Origin: an uncultured Bacteroidales bacterium
GTDB lineage: Bacteria; Bacteroidota; Bacteroidia; Bacteroidales; CAIXZF01
NCBI GenBank assembly: GCA_903923925.1
Contig: CAIXZF010000112.1
Span: forward strand, 18,166 to 82,165
Direction: 5' to 3'
Length of the DNA: 64,000 nt
The position numbers were made by a program, and so were the translations under genes. Under the pieces are notes generated by a model, which was given only the letters and a program-made list of their open reading frames with translations, did no database searches and was not told the origin of the DNA. Below, piece by piece: positions 29,236 to 38,897 of this stretch (the stretch's first letter is position 1; each line of letters opens with the position of its first letter).

Positions 29236-30054
29236 TTACACACTGATATTGAAATCTCGTAATGCATCATTCAAGGAGGTTTTGAGATCAGTTGATATTT
29301 TTCGTTGACCGATAATAAGTGCACAAGGTACATGAAAGATCCCGGCAGGAAACTCTTTTGGCAGACTTCCGGGAATAACTACAGACCTTGACGGTACAAT
29401 TCCTCTGTATTCTTTTGGCTCAGAACCCGACACATCAATAATCCTTGTGGACTGTGTAATTACGACATTGGCTCCAAGTACAGCCTGCTCTTCAACCCTC
29501 ACTCCTTCAACAAGTATGCACCGGGACCCGATAAAGCAATTGTCCTCAATAATCACAGGAGCTGCCTGTATTGGTTCTAGTACACCACCTATCCCAACTC
29601 CTCCGCTTAGGTGAACATTTTTTCCTATCTGCGCACAGGAACCCACTGTTGCCCATGTGTCAACCATCGTTCCGCTGTCAACATAGGCTCCAATATTTAC
29701 GTAGGAAGGCATCATTATTACGCCTCTGGCAAGGTAACTTCCATAGCGGGCAATTGCATGCGGCACAACTCTGACACCTAATTCTGCGTAGCCGGTTTTT
29801 AATGGAATCTTATCATAAAATTCAAATGGACCTACAGTCAAAGTCTCCATTTCTTTTACCTGAAAGTACATTATCACAGCTTTTTTTACCCATTCATTCA
29901 CAATCCAGCCGCCTTGTTCAGGGATTGCTACGCGAATTCTCCCTCTATCCAGATCCTGAATTACCTCCAGAATAGCATTTTTATAGTTCTGGGTTGAAAG
30001 AAGTTCACGGTTCTCCCAACTTTCAGTAATCAAATGTTCAAGTATTTCGGGCAT
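29236..30054 (-). CDS. dapD: 2,3,4,5-tetrahydropyridine-2,6-dicarboxylate N-succinyltransferase
   Basis: 272 aa with a DapD-type N-terminal helical domain followed by hexapeptide (left-handed beta-helix) repeats (GAYVDSGTMVDTWATVGSCAQIGKNVHLSGGVGIGG...). Confidence 0.9.
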   Translation of the reverse strand: MPEILEHLITESWENRELLSTQNYKNAILEVIQDLDRGRIRVAIPEQGGWIVNEWVKKAVIMYFQVKEMETLTVGPFEFYDKIPLKTGYAELGVRVVPHAIARYGSYLARGVIMMPSYVNIGAYVDSGTMVDTWATVGSCAQIGKNVHLSGGVGIGGVLEPIQAAPVIIEDNCFIGSRCILVEGVRVEEQAVLGANVVITQSTRIIDVSGSEPKEYRGIVPSRSVVIPGSLPKEFPAGIFHVPCALIIGQRKISTDLKTSLNDALRDFNISV

Positions 30055-30146
30055 GACAGAGATTTATCGTATTCAAAAATAATCAATTTTCCGTCAACTT
30101 GAACGTAGGCATACCTTTCCACTCAAAATGCGTTTTTTTTTGGATT

Positions 30147-30572
30147 TTATTTTTGCTTTAAGGATTCGACAATGATTTCCTTTAATACGGCAATATTAAT
30201 ATCATTCAGAGTATTAATATAAAGGCAACCAACTCCTGTTTTATGTTTACCAAGTCTGGAAAGAGCATCAGTATGATCAATTATGTTCATGCTTACATAC
30301 AATGATAAATTTGCTTTACGGGGAGAGAAACCAATCAGCAGCCAGTCAACTTGTCTGCCTGTGGCCGAACTTGTGAAGCGTTTGTTGCCGAAGCCGATAA
30401 TTGAATTGCTCCACAATACTGGATCTTCTCCAGTCGCATTTTTCAGTATTTCCAAAAGCAAAAAGCAGTCTTTCCTTTTTTGTTCATCACTTAAATTATT
30501 GATAAACTCCTCCACATTTGCAGAGGTTGGTTTCGTTTTAATTTCAACCAGTTTTGGCTTTTTTACAGTCAT
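30147..30572 (-). CDS. DUF1801 (YdhG-like) domain protein
   Basis: 141 aa. VEEFINNL..EQKRKDCFLLLEILKNATGEDPVLW..SIIGFG...GFSPRKANLSLYV fits the DUF1801 pattern. Confidence 0.6.
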   Translation of the reverse strand: MTVKKPKLVEIKTKPTSANVEEFINNLSDEQKRKDCFLLLEILKNATGEDPVLWSNSIIGFGNKRFTSSATGRQVDWLLIGFSPRKANLSLYVSMNIIDHTDALSRLGKHKTGVGCLYINTLNDINIAVLKEIIVESLKQK

Positions 30573-30863
30573 TTGATTTATTTATTTAATCTGCTATTCT
30601 GAACATGCCATTGCATGTCCATGCAAAATTAGAATCATTTTCGGTTGATGTTTTCTAATCATGAAATTTCATCTGTTTGTTTGTTGTTCAATGTTGTAAT
30701 TGTATAAGGAAATTGGCATATAGCTGTCACTGCCATGGCACAAAATTGTGTATCTTTGTGCTCGCAAATCGCCTGAGATTCGGACTGGGTTTTAATGAGT
30801 TTGTATGTAAAACACAGGCTATTAAGGTGAATTAGTTGTTCAAAAAACTTTTAAAAAAGCAGC

Positions 30864-31286
30864 TTGGGAAGAATACTTGCTATTGATTACGGTAGAAAAA
30901 GAGTAGGAATTGCGCTAACAGATGAAATGCAGATGTTCGCATCTCCACACTCAACTGTTGCAACAAAAGATATCTTCATTGTCCTTAAAAAATTTATTTT
31001 AGAGGATAATGTTGAAAAAATTATTGTTGGCAAACCTACCCAAATGAATGGTGCCGATTCAGAATCAATGCTTTATATCAAACCATTTATTAAACAGCTA
31101 TCAAGGGAATTTCCTGCTATTCCAGTTGAAATGATAGATGAGCGATTTACTTCAAAAATGGCATCCGCCGTAATTGCGCAATCTGGCCTCAATAAAAAAG
31201 ACAGGCAGGATAAGTCATTGATTGATAAAGTAAGTGCTGCCATTATATTACAATCTTATCTCGAAACTAAAAGCTTTCTTCGTTAA
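30864..31286 (+). CDS. ruvX: Holliday junction resolvase-like pre-16S rRNA nuclease RuvX/YqgF
   Basis: 140 aa with a non-ATG start (TTG). ILAIDYGRKRVGIALTD and ERFTS are YqgF motifs. Confidence 0.85.
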   Translation: MGRILAIDYGRKRVGIALTDEMQMFASPHSTVATKDIFIVLKKFILEDNVEKIIVGKPTQMNGADSESMLYIKPFIKQLSREFPAIPVEMIDERFTSKMASAVIAQSGLNKKDRQDKSLIDKVSAAIILQSYLETKSFLR

Positions 31287-31287
31287 A

Positions 31288-31848
31288 ATGATTTTACCAA
31301 TTGTATCCTACGGAAATTCTATTCTGAAAAAAAAGGCTCAGGAAATTACCGCGTCTTATCCGCAGCTGCATGAACTTATTGTCAATATGTTCGAAACAAT
31401 GTATTCTGCAAATGGTGTAGGTTTAGCTGCACCTCAGGTAAATCTGAATATCAGGTTGTTTACTGTCGATGCAAGCCCTTTTGCCGAAGATGACCAAAGC
31501 GCTGCAGGTTTCAAAAAAGTATTTATCAATCCTGTGATTCTTGAACGTTCAGGCGAAGAAATCCTCTTTGAAGAAGGTTGTCTCAGTTTTCCGGGTCTTC
31601 ATGAGGGAATTATCCGCAAATCAATAGTAAGAATAAAGTACTTTGATGAGGATTTTAATGAATTTAACGAAACCTACTCAGGAATCAGAAGCAGAATTAT
31701 CCAGCACGAATATGATCACCTTGAAGGTATTCTTATGATTGATCATCTCAGCAGTTTGAAAAAAATGATCCTGAAACGCAGACTCAAAGAAATCTCAGTT
31801 GGCCTTGTGGAAGCTGCCTACAAAATGCGTTTTGCTGCCCGCCCATGA
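31288..31848 (+). CDS. def: Peptide deformylase
   Basis: I prefer ATG 31288 (MILPIVSYGNSILKKKA). Motifs GVGLAAPQV, EGCLSFPG and QHEYDHLEG are present. The track start 31234 would overlap ruvX. Confidence 0.9.
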   Translation: MILPIVSYGNSILKKKAQEITASYPQLHELIVNMFETMYSANGVGLAAPQVNLNIRLFTVDASPFAEDDQSAAGFKKVFINPVILERSGEEILFEEGCLSFPGLHEGIIRKSIVRIKYFDEDFNEFNETYSGIRSRIIQHEYDHLEGILMIDHLSSLKKMILKRRLKEISVGLVEAAYKMRFAARP

Positions 31849-31906
31849 TTTTTCTGTGGTCACATGCCATGTTTCCTAAATATGTCAACAAAAAATAACA
31901 CTTCCT

Positions 31907-32443
31907 ATGAAAAGCATAAAATCAATTCTTCTTATCATTTTTACCATAACTATTGTAGTTGCCTGTTCCAACAGCAAAACTAAAATGACTGCTAAAATTA
32001 ATACGCTGGAAAAGGAACTTAAAGATTCGAAAAACGCCTACGACAAGAAGAAATCGGAGGAACTGATGAGTACTTACCTCGCATATACAGAAACATACAA
32101 GAAAGATACAATAGTGCCTTCATACCTTTTTAAAGCAGGTGAAATATGTATGAATCTTAACAAGTCTCAAAAAGCGCTTGAATTGTTCGACAGAGTGTCT
32201 AAGGAATTTCCTGATTTCAAAAAAGCAGGTGATTGCCTGTTTCTAAAAGGCTTCATTTATGAAAATAACCTTCAGGATATTAACAATGCCAGAACCGCCT
32301 ACATGGATTTCATTAAGAAGTTTCCAACACATCAATTTGCCGACGATGCCCAGATTTTAATTCAGAATCTTGGAAAATCTCCTGAAGAACTAATCAAAGA
32401 ATTTGAGGCTAAGAACCAGGAAAAATTAAATGCCGGAAAGTAA
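31907..32443 (+). CDS. TPR-like lipoprotein
   Basis: 178 aa with a lipobox (TIVVAC) and helical TPR-like repeats (AGEICMNLNKSQKALELFDRVSKEFPD...). Confidence 0.55.
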   Translation: MKSIKSILLIIFTITIVVACSNSKTKMTAKINTLEKELKDSKNAYDKKKSEELMSTYLAYTETYKKDTIVPSYLFKAGEICMNLNKSQKALELFDRVSKEFPDFKKAGDCLFLKGFIYENNLQDINNARTAYMDFIKKFPTHQFADDAQILIQNLGKSPEELIKEFEAKNQEKLNAGK

Positions 32444-32448
32444 TAGAT

Positions 32449-32478
32449 CCCATTTCAGCCTTGCTGCAGATGGGTTTT
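32449..32478 (+). terminator. Candidate terminator after the TPR lipoprotein gene
   Basis: CCCATTT (12-nt loop) AGATGGG followed by TTTT. The stem is 7 bp with one G-T pair, and it lies in the convergent gap with the PMI-like gene. Confidence 0.45.
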
Positions 32479-32535
32479 AAGATTAAACCGATAATTTTAA
32501 TTAGCAATTGCATATGAAATATTGTTCTCAAATTA

Positions 32536-34296
32536 CTATTTCATAAACGCCATTACCAATATTGCTTTCTCTTCAGTTTCATTAATAACCTGAAACGAAT
32601 TTGCCGCTGCCGGAATCACAAAAGTTTCGGCATAATAAAACCGCTGTTCAATACCGTTTGCTGTTTTTATCAGGATACTTTTACCCTCAACAAGACTTAA
32701 AACCCGGCAAACATTTTCTGTAAAAATCTCAATCGCGTTTATAAAATGATAGCGTTGGACTCTATAGGTGTGCTTTTCATGGGTTGGGAGTTCATAATGT
32801 TCATAATCAATGCCTTGATGCAATAGTACCGGCTTTGAAATCAGATCATTTTTTACCTTTTCTCCTTTGCGGTAAAAACATAAATTCGCCATCCCGCGCT
32901 CAATATTCAGTGGTCGGGGCTTGCCATCCAGATCCATACGGAGCCAGTCATAAAGCTTAAAGGTGAAAATATAGGGTGTGGTGCTGATCTCAAGAACCAG
33001 GTTGTTTTTTCCGGAGCCATGTATTGTTCCTGGCGGAATCAGGAAAAGATCATGCTTTTTAGACTCATGTACTTGTACAAATTTAACAATATCAATTTCT
33101 TTATTTTCCTGAGCACTGCTATATAATTCATTTTTAAATACTTCAGGATCAATATTCTCCTGAAATCCTAAATAACAAACTGATTCTTTCTCAGCATCAA
33201 GAATGTAATATGTTTCCTCTTGTGTGAAGTTCTCCCTGAAATGATCATAAATATAAGCGGGTAGGGGATGGCACTGAATTGAGAGATTTCCACCATCGTA
33301 TGTATCCAGAAAGTCAAACCGTATTGGGAACTCTGTGCCATATTTTTCAGCATGTTTCCCCAATACTGCCTTTGAATTTCTGAACATCAGAAAATCAAAT
33401 GAAACTTCAAGCAAGATCTCAGAACTTTCAAAAACAACACCGTTTTCCGGCACTATCAATTCAAACGACCATGCATAATTAATAGTTTCCTTGTTTAAAC
33501 CTTCAATATGATTCTTTATCCATTGTCCTCCCCAGGCACCTGCCTCAAACCAGGGACGAACGCGAAAAAGATTTAAGCTCTGTAGGTCAAGGGCTTCTCT
33601 AAATTGGTCACCCATCATCCAAACCAGATTATCTGGTCTTTGTCCATCTGCAATTATATCGATTTTATTGAGAAGTGAAGCCTTATGTTTATTTAAAACT
33701 ATCCAGTCAACAAAGTAAAACCGCTTGTACATTGTTTTAATGTCGAAGGCTGCTGAGGCACCAAGGTTTGTTATGCTTTTGGCCCTCGCACGGTATTGCA
33801 GCTCATTCTTTGGTAAATCAATATAAATTAACAAACCTTCCCGTTTGGAAAGACTGGCTCCGGCTCCGTAAATAATGTTTATTTCATCGTTTTCATTGTG
33901 CAAAGAAGCCAAACCATCGATATCGAAAAAATCTTCAAGTGAAAGATCTGTTCTTCTGCCAAAAATCGGGTCATCGCCGCCTAAATAGGTTTCAATAATT
34001 TTATTGATCTCATCTTCAGGTTTTAAGACTTCCTGAATATTCGTCACCCCAACTGAAACGCCGGATTTTTGCAATTCAAATGAAAGAGCTTTGATAATAT
34101 CATCAAAGAAAACGCCCTGGTATCCATCAATAATAACATAGTTGTAATTTTTGGCTAAGTTTGCCAATCCGTCAATTCCGGATGAAATGGCTCCATGATT
34201 AAGCAAAGTGGCTGGATAAACAGAATATCCATTCTGCCGGAAGCCAATTTTTTCCGGCAGAAGTAATTGCTCTGATTTCCTCCGGGTTTCATTCAT
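32536..34296 (-). CDS. Class I mannose-6-phosphate isomerase-like cupin protein with long N-terminal extension
   Basis: 586 aa. The cupin/PMI-type metal motifs LSIQCHP and PPGTIHGSG lie in the C-terminal two thirds. It is the last gene of the ROK-MFS-PMI operon. Confidence 0.6.
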   Translation of the reverse strand: MNETRRKSEQLLLPEKIGFRQNGYSVYPATLLNHGAISSGIDGLANLAKNYNYVIIDGYQGVFFDDIIKALSFELQKSGVSVGVTNIQEVLKPEDEINKIIETYLGGDDPIFGRRTDLSLEDFFDIDGLASLHNENDEINIIYGAGASLSKREGLLIYIDLPKNELQYRARAKSITNLGASAAFDIKTMYKRFYFVDWIVLNKHKASLLNKIDIIADGQRPDNLVWMMGDQFREALDLQSLNLFRVRPWFEAGAWGGQWIKNHIEGLNKETINYAWSFELIVPENGVVFESSEILLEVSFDFLMFRNSKAVLGKHAEKYGTEFPIRFDFLDTYDGGNLSIQCHPLPAYIYDHFRENFTQEETYYILDAEKESVCYLGFQENIDPEVFKNELYSSAQENKEIDIVKFVQVHESKKHDLFLIPPGTIHGSGKNNLVLEISTTPYIFTFKLYDWLRMDLDGKPRPLNIERGMANLCFYRKGEKVKNDLISKPVLLHQGIDYEHYELPTHEKHTYRVQRYHFINAIEIFTENVCRVLSLVEGKSILIKTANGIEQRFYYAETFVIPAAANSFQVINETEEKAILVMAFMK

Positions 34297-34343
34297 TAGA
34301 AGCGATTTTTTAGCATGTTGATAACCATGCCTCTGAATTTCTA

Positions 34344-35498
34344 TCAGGCTTTCTTTAGGTTTATAAATCCAAGAATCACCTCATATACAACGCATACAAC
34401 AAGTACAAACATTCCGGCTATTAAGCTGATGTTGTCAATCAGACTGCCAATTAATACAGGAATTACTGCCCCTCCCGAAACTGCCATAATCATAAGACCG
34501 GAAATCTCATTCGAGCGTGTTGGAAATTTTTCTACACTTAATGAGAAAATCAATGGAAAAATATTGGCTATACCTAATCCAATGATAAAAATGATAAATA
34601 TCGCGCTCATTGCCGTCGGTGCAAAAATCAGGGCGAAAATAGCTACCAACCCCAAAATTGATGACCAAAGCAAGAATTTTCTGGAAGGCAGAAGTGTCAG
34701 CATAAGGGCACCTAAAAAGGTTCCAAGCATCTTCCCGAAGAAATAAACTGTTCTGCCTGACTCGGCAAAGGTTTGGGCGGCATTGAATTTACTGAGTAGA
34801 AACTGACCTGAAACAGCGTTAATTCCAACATCAATTCCTACTACCAGAAATATTCCTAATACCATCATTGCTACAAACCTGTTTCCAACTAAAAGGCTGA
34901 ATGATGATGAAAGGGAAGCTCTTTTTTCTGTATTTCTTGTTTCATCAATTTTAATAAAAGAAAGCCAGATCACTGTTAAAACAGATACGATGCCAAAAAC
35001 CAGAAACAGCAGTTTCCAATCTCCGAATTCTAATGCCAGCCAGCCAGCCAGTGGCGCAGCAACCATCGATCCGATTGCTTTCACAAACTGCGAGAAGCTC
35101 AGAAAACTTGAAGCTCTGTTCGGGGGTACTACATCTACTAATAAAGGGTTTGCTGAAACTTGTACAATGGTATTCCCTATTCCTAATAAAGCAAATCCCA
35201 CTAAAGCTGTTGAAAATGAGAAAATAAAAAATGGAAACAATAAACCAACTGCTGTTATAATCATTCCCAGGTTCAATATTGTACGTTTGCCAAATCTATC
35301 CTGTAAGATCCCCACAGGAACTGAAAGCACAAAGAACCAAACAAATACTGCTGAGGGAATAAGCTGGGCAAGTGTATTGCTCAGGTTGAAATCCAGTTTT
35401 ATACGGTCAACACCGATTCCCACTAAGTCGCAGAAACTCATTACAAAAAAAGACATGAGTACTGGCAACACATACGACATTTTAATTTTTGAATTCAT
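34344..35498 (-). CDS. MFS sugar transporter (FucP / glucose-galactose type)
   Basis: 384 aa with about 12 hydrophobic spans in two 6-TM halves. It sits between a sugar kinase and an isomerase. Confidence 0.8.
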   Translation of the reverse strand: MNSKIKMSYVLPVLMSFFVMSFCDLVGIGVDRIKLDFNLSNTLAQLIPSAVFVWFFVLSVPVGILQDRFGKRTILNLGMIITAVGLLFPFFIFSFSTALVGFALLGIGNTIVQVSANPLLVDVVPPNRASSFLSFSQFVKAIGSMVAAPLAGWLALEFGDWKLLFLVFGIVSVLTVIWLSFIKIDETRNTEKRASLSSSFSLLVGNRFVAMMVLGIFLVVGIDVGINAVSGQFLLSKFNAAQTFAESGRTVYFFGKMLGTFLGALMLTLLPSRKFLLWSSILGLVAIFALIFAPTAMSAIFIIFIIGLGIANIFPLIFSLSVEKFPTRSNEISGLMIMAVSGGAVIPVLIGSLIDNISLIAGMFVLVVCVVYEVILGFINLKKA

Positions 35499-35515
35499 AG
35501 CACTTGAATTTTTAT

Positions 35516-36451
35516 TTACATCTTTGATAATAAGTCTTTTACTTTTATCCAGTAATTTTCATCCAGCAATCGGGCACTCCCAATTATCGCAGCATCTTCT
35601 TTTAAATCTGAAATAAAAACCTTGGTATTTATTCCGTTTTCAGATAATATTCCAGTTAATCCGGGCCCAAATAAAGAGTATGCACCTGTTACATTACCAC
35701 CAATAATTACCACTTCAGCATCAAATAATTTTAACCATGGGGTAAGGAAGATACCCATATTGGTCCCGTATTCATTAAATAAGGAGGCAGCAATAGTGTC
35801 TTTTTCAGCGAGTTCAGCTATTTCTTTAACTCCATCGAGCATTTTCCCGGTTTTATCTGCATAATTATTCAAAAACCATCGGGTTGAAAAATAATCATCA
35901 GCAATACCATCTTTAAAAGGAATATGCCAGGCACACCCAAATTCAGGTACTGTTTTCCCTTCTAATATTGGAATATCATTTTCAAGAAATGCTGATCCGA
36001 ATCCTGTGCCAAGTGTAAGTGCCAGAATTCTCTTATAATTAGCTGCCTTACCAATCCAGGCTTCTGCTATTGCAAATGAGGTCGCATCATTGATATACCT
36101 GAATTGAACAACATCTGCCAAACCCAACCTCGATCTTAATTCTTCAGAAATATTTATTTTGTATAAACTTTCATATTTTTCAACCCTTTCAAATAGTGCT
36201 ATGCCATTGCTATAATCAAATGGACCTGGCATTGCAAAACCTATTCCTGCCAGTCGGTTTTTATCTATCAGGGCAATTGTCTGCAAAATTGCACTACTCC
36301 ATCCGTCGAGAATTTCCTTCGCACTTGCTTTATTGTTTATTTTAACTTCACTGTGTGTACCCTTTATCAATTGATGAGTAGACAAATCAATGGCCGCACA
36401 GATGATATGGCTTCCACCAATATCTGCCCCGATAGCAATTTTTGAAAGCAT
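35516..36451 (-). CDS. ROK family sugar kinase
   Basis: 311 aa. Has the ATPase phosphate-1 motif IGADIGGSHI and the ROK signature region LTLGTGFGSAF. The Zn-binding CxCGxxGC motif is absent. Confidence 0.8.
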   Translation of the reverse strand: MLSKIAIGADIGGSHIICAAIDLSTHQLIKGTHSEVKINNKASAKEILDGWSSAILQTIALIDKNRLAGIGFAMPGPFDYSNGIALFERVEKYESLYKINISEELRSRLGLADVVQFRYINDATSFAIAEAWIGKAANYKRILALTLGTGFGSAFLENDIPILEGKTVPEFGCAWHIPFKDGIADDYFSTRWFLNNYADKTGKMLDGVKEIAELAEKDTIAASLFNEYGTNMGIFLTPWLKLFDAEVVIIGGNVTGAYSLFGPGLTGILSENGINTKVFISDLKEDAAIIGSARLLDENYWIKVKDLLSKM

Positions 36452-36522
36452 ATTTTAGAGTTTTTATTAAAGAAGCAAATATAGAGCAGAGATCCTCTTT
36501 TTACAATTTTAATGGAATATGG

Positions 36523-37341
36523 CTAATTATTTTTTTGTTTAACCTGTTCTTTTGCAAATTCTTCTTCAAGCAGGGTTTGTAATTCAACAGCTTTCAGATG
36601 AAGCTTAAGTTGACCGGCCTTGCAAAAAGAAATGGCTCCTGTTTGTTCTGAAACTACAATTGCTATAGCATCTGTTTGTTCGGTTATTCCAATTGCAGCT
36701 CTATGTCTTGTTCCGAGTTGAACAGGTATATCCTGATTTCCAGAAACAGGCAATATGCATCTTGCAGCTTGTATTCGGTTTTCTGTAATGATCACTGCTC
36801 CATCATGCAAAGGACTGTTTTTAAAAAAAATATTTTGCAGCATAATGTCGGTAATCTTTGAATCTATTAGTTCTCCCGTTTCAATGTATTGCTTTAACTC
36901 ATGCTTTTTTGTAATAATAATAAGAGCACCAGTCATCGTTGCAGACATCTTGCCACAGGATTCAACAATTGGTCCGATATCAAGAGTTATTGGATCAGCA
37001 AGCAAAAGTCTCCAGAAAAAGAAACGTTTCGGTTTATTGTTAATGAAATTTGGTGTGCCCAGCAAAAAAAGGAACTTCCTTATTTCAGGCTGAAAAACTA
37101 CGATAAGTGCAATAAAACCAACACTGATGAATGCACTGAGAATTTCTCCCAGAAGTTCCATGTGCAGCGCTTTCACTATCTTATAAATAATGTATACGGA
37201 AATGATACCTAGAAATATATTGATTGCATTTGTTCCTTTTATCAACCTGTAAAACTGATATAACAATATTGCTACCAATAAAATATCCATAACATCCATC
37301 AACTGGATCTTGAATAGGTCGTTTAAAAAGAGCAGGCTCAT
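36523..37341 (-). CDS. cdaA: Diadenylate cyclase CdaA (DisA_N domain)
   Basis: 272 aa with three N-terminal TM helices. Motifs HDGAVII, GTRHRAAIGITEQTDAIAIVVSEQTG are present. Confidence 0.85.
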   Translation of the reverse strand: MSLLFLNDLFKIQLMDVMDILLVAILLYQFYRLIKGTNAINIFLGIISVYIIYKIVKALHMELLGEILSAFISVGFIALIVVFQPEIRKFLFLLGTPNFINNKPKRFFFWRLLLADPITLDIGPIVESCGKMSATMTGALIIITKKHELKQYIETGELIDSKITDIMLQNIFFKNSPLHDGAVIITENRIQAARCILPVSGNQDIPVQLGTRHRAAIGITEQTDAIAIVVSEQTGAISFCKAGQLKLHLKAVELQTLLEEEFAKEQVKQKNN

Positions 37342-37372
37342 AGTAGGTTATTCATGCAGCAAAGATACAAAA

Positions 37373-38299
37373 TCATACTGAACGCAGCTTTTGAATAAGT
37401 GTACACACTTGTCTTGCTTCCTTTGGATCATGTACCCTTAGAATATTTGCACCTTTGGTTATTGCAATAGTATTTAATACTGTTGTGCCGGTTAATGCAC
37501 CTTCTCCGCTTACTCCAAGTACTTTTTGAATCATACTTTTTCTTGAAAACCCGACAAGCAAAGGGAGTTCAAAAATGCGAAATTCGTCCAAATGGTTTAA
37601 TATTTTGTAATTATCGTCTATACTTTTCCCAAAGCCAAAGCCAGGATCAATAATAATATCCGACAAACCTCTTTTATTAAGTTGTTCTAGTTTAGTGGCA
37701 AAATAAAACATTATTTCTGGTATAACATCTTCATATTGTGGGTTTTGTTGCATGTTTTCAGGTGTTCCCTTCATGTGCATCATAATGTATGGAACTTTCA
37801 ATCTGGCAACTGCATCAAACATTAGCGGATCCATTTCTCCTGCTGAAACATCATTTATAATTGATGCACCCATTTCGACAGCTGTTTTTGCAACCCCCGA
37901 TCTGAATGTATCCACAGATATACATAGATCAGGGAAATTCTTAACAATTGCTTCAAGATGGGGGAGCAACCTTAACAGCTCCTCTTTTTCAGTAACTGAT
38001 TTTGCACCTGGTCTCGTTGATACTGCTCCCAGGTCCAGAATATCTGTAAAGGGTAAAAGTTCGGCAACTTTTTTAACTGTAAATTCGATATCGTTTGGAT
38101 AAGGCAGTCGTTCGTAAAATGAGTCCGGTGTGATGTTCAGAACGGTCATTATCAGTGGACTTTCGAGAGAAACTAACTTTCCTTTCGACAAAAATGACTT
38201 AGGTTTTATAAAAAACGAACTGTTTTTTTCGTTATCAACTATTGAATGCTTTTCCAAATCTGTGTTTTTATCAAAGAAACCGTATAAATTTGTGGTCAA
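37373..38299 (-). CDS. folP: Dihydropteroate synthase
   Basis: Pterin-binding motifs are present: LNITPDSFYE, LDLGAVSTRPG, ISVDT, INDVSAG, IIDPGFGFGK. The start is uncertain. 38299 is TTG, another TTG at 38191 would give a more typical N-terminus (SKGKLVSLESPLIMTVLNITPDSF), and there is no ATG before Met51. Confidence 0.9.
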   Translation of the reverse strand: MTTNLYGFFDKNTDLEKHSIVDNEKNSSFFIKPKSFLSKGKLVSLESPLIMTVLNITPDSFYERLPYPNDIEFTVKKVAELLPFTDILDLGAVSTRPGAKSVTEKEELLRLLPHLEAIVKNFPDLCISVDTFRSGVAKTAVEMGASIINDVSAGEMDPLMFDAVARLKVPYIMMHMKGTPENMQQNPQYEDVIPEIMFYFATKLEQLNKRGLSDIIIDPGFGFGKSIDDNYKILNHLDEFRIFELPLLVGFSRKSMIQKVLGVSGEGALTGTTVLNTIAITKGANILRVHDPKEARQVCTLIQKLRSV

Positions 38300-38345
38300 A
38301 TTTCGTAAAAATGCCCTCGGAAACCTATCCTAACCTAATAAATTA

Positions 38346-38894
38346 ATGGAAAAAACTTTGGAAGAATATAATACTGCCATAACGTATTGTAAAAATATTT
38401 TTCTCTCAAAAATGCGGGACTATGGAAGTAGTTGGCGTATTTTGCGTCCATCATCGCTAACTGACCAGATATATATTAAAGCTCAGCGCATTCGAAGTAT
38501 TGAGGAAAAAGGTATTGCTAAGATTTCTGAAGGAATTAAACCTGAATTTGCAGGCATTGTAAACTACTCAGCAGTGGCAGTTATTCAAATTCAACTTGCT
38601 GGTTATTATGAACTTAATCTTAGTCTAGATGAAGCAATAACACATTATAATGCCCAGATAAAAGCTGCCCGCGATCTGATGATGGATAAAAATCATGATT
38701 ATGGCGAGGCCTGGAGAAATATGAGGGTAAGTTCTTTAACGGATATTATTCTCATGAGATTGATGAGAATAAAGCAAATCGAAGATAATGACGGTAAAGT
38801 GGCTGTTTCTGAAGGACCAGAATCAAATTATCTGGATATGATTAATTATGCAGTCTTTGCCCTGATAAAAATGTCAAACGGAGAAAATTATTAA
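38346..38894 (+). CDS. DUF1599 domain protein (internally duplicated)
   Basis: 182 aa with two homologous halves: DYGSSWRILRPSSLTDQIYIKAQRIRSIE and DYGEAWRNMRVSSLTDIILMRLMRIKQIE. Confidence 0.7.
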   Translation: MEKTLEEYNTAITYCKNIFLSKMRDYGSSWRILRPSSLTDQIYIKAQRIRSIEEKGIAKISEGIKPEFAGIVNYSAVAVIQIQLAGYYELNLSLDEAITHYNAQIKAARDLMMDKNHDYGEAWRNMRVSSLTDIILMRLMRIKQIEDNDGKVAVSEGPESNYLDMINYAVFALIKMSNGENY

Positions 38895-38897
38895 TAT

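Noticed and set aside
29220-29270. Long form of the LamG-phosphatase ORF starting at 29270 and overlapping dapD by 35 bp
   Set aside because: The extra 17 residues (MMHYEISISVCKSDFKR) precede a perfect signal peptide that starts at ATG 29219. The shorter form removes the overlap.
30573-30863. 290-bp divergent intergenic region (DUF1801 / ruvX) with TATCTTTG and TAATTTTG boxes and a TTGCATG-TC-CATGCAA hairpin, as a possible small RNA gene
   Set aside because: I see no conserved RNA family signature and no terminator after the putative promoter. The boxes are equally well explained as the promoters of the two flanking genes.
34990-35616. 208-aa plus-strand ORF (and 34315..34746, 143 aa) opposite the MFS transporter gene
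   Set aside because: It is antisense to a well-supported transporter gene. The product is low-complexity (Pro/Thr/Ser/Asn-rich) with no motifs. Long antisense frames are expected for this codon bias.
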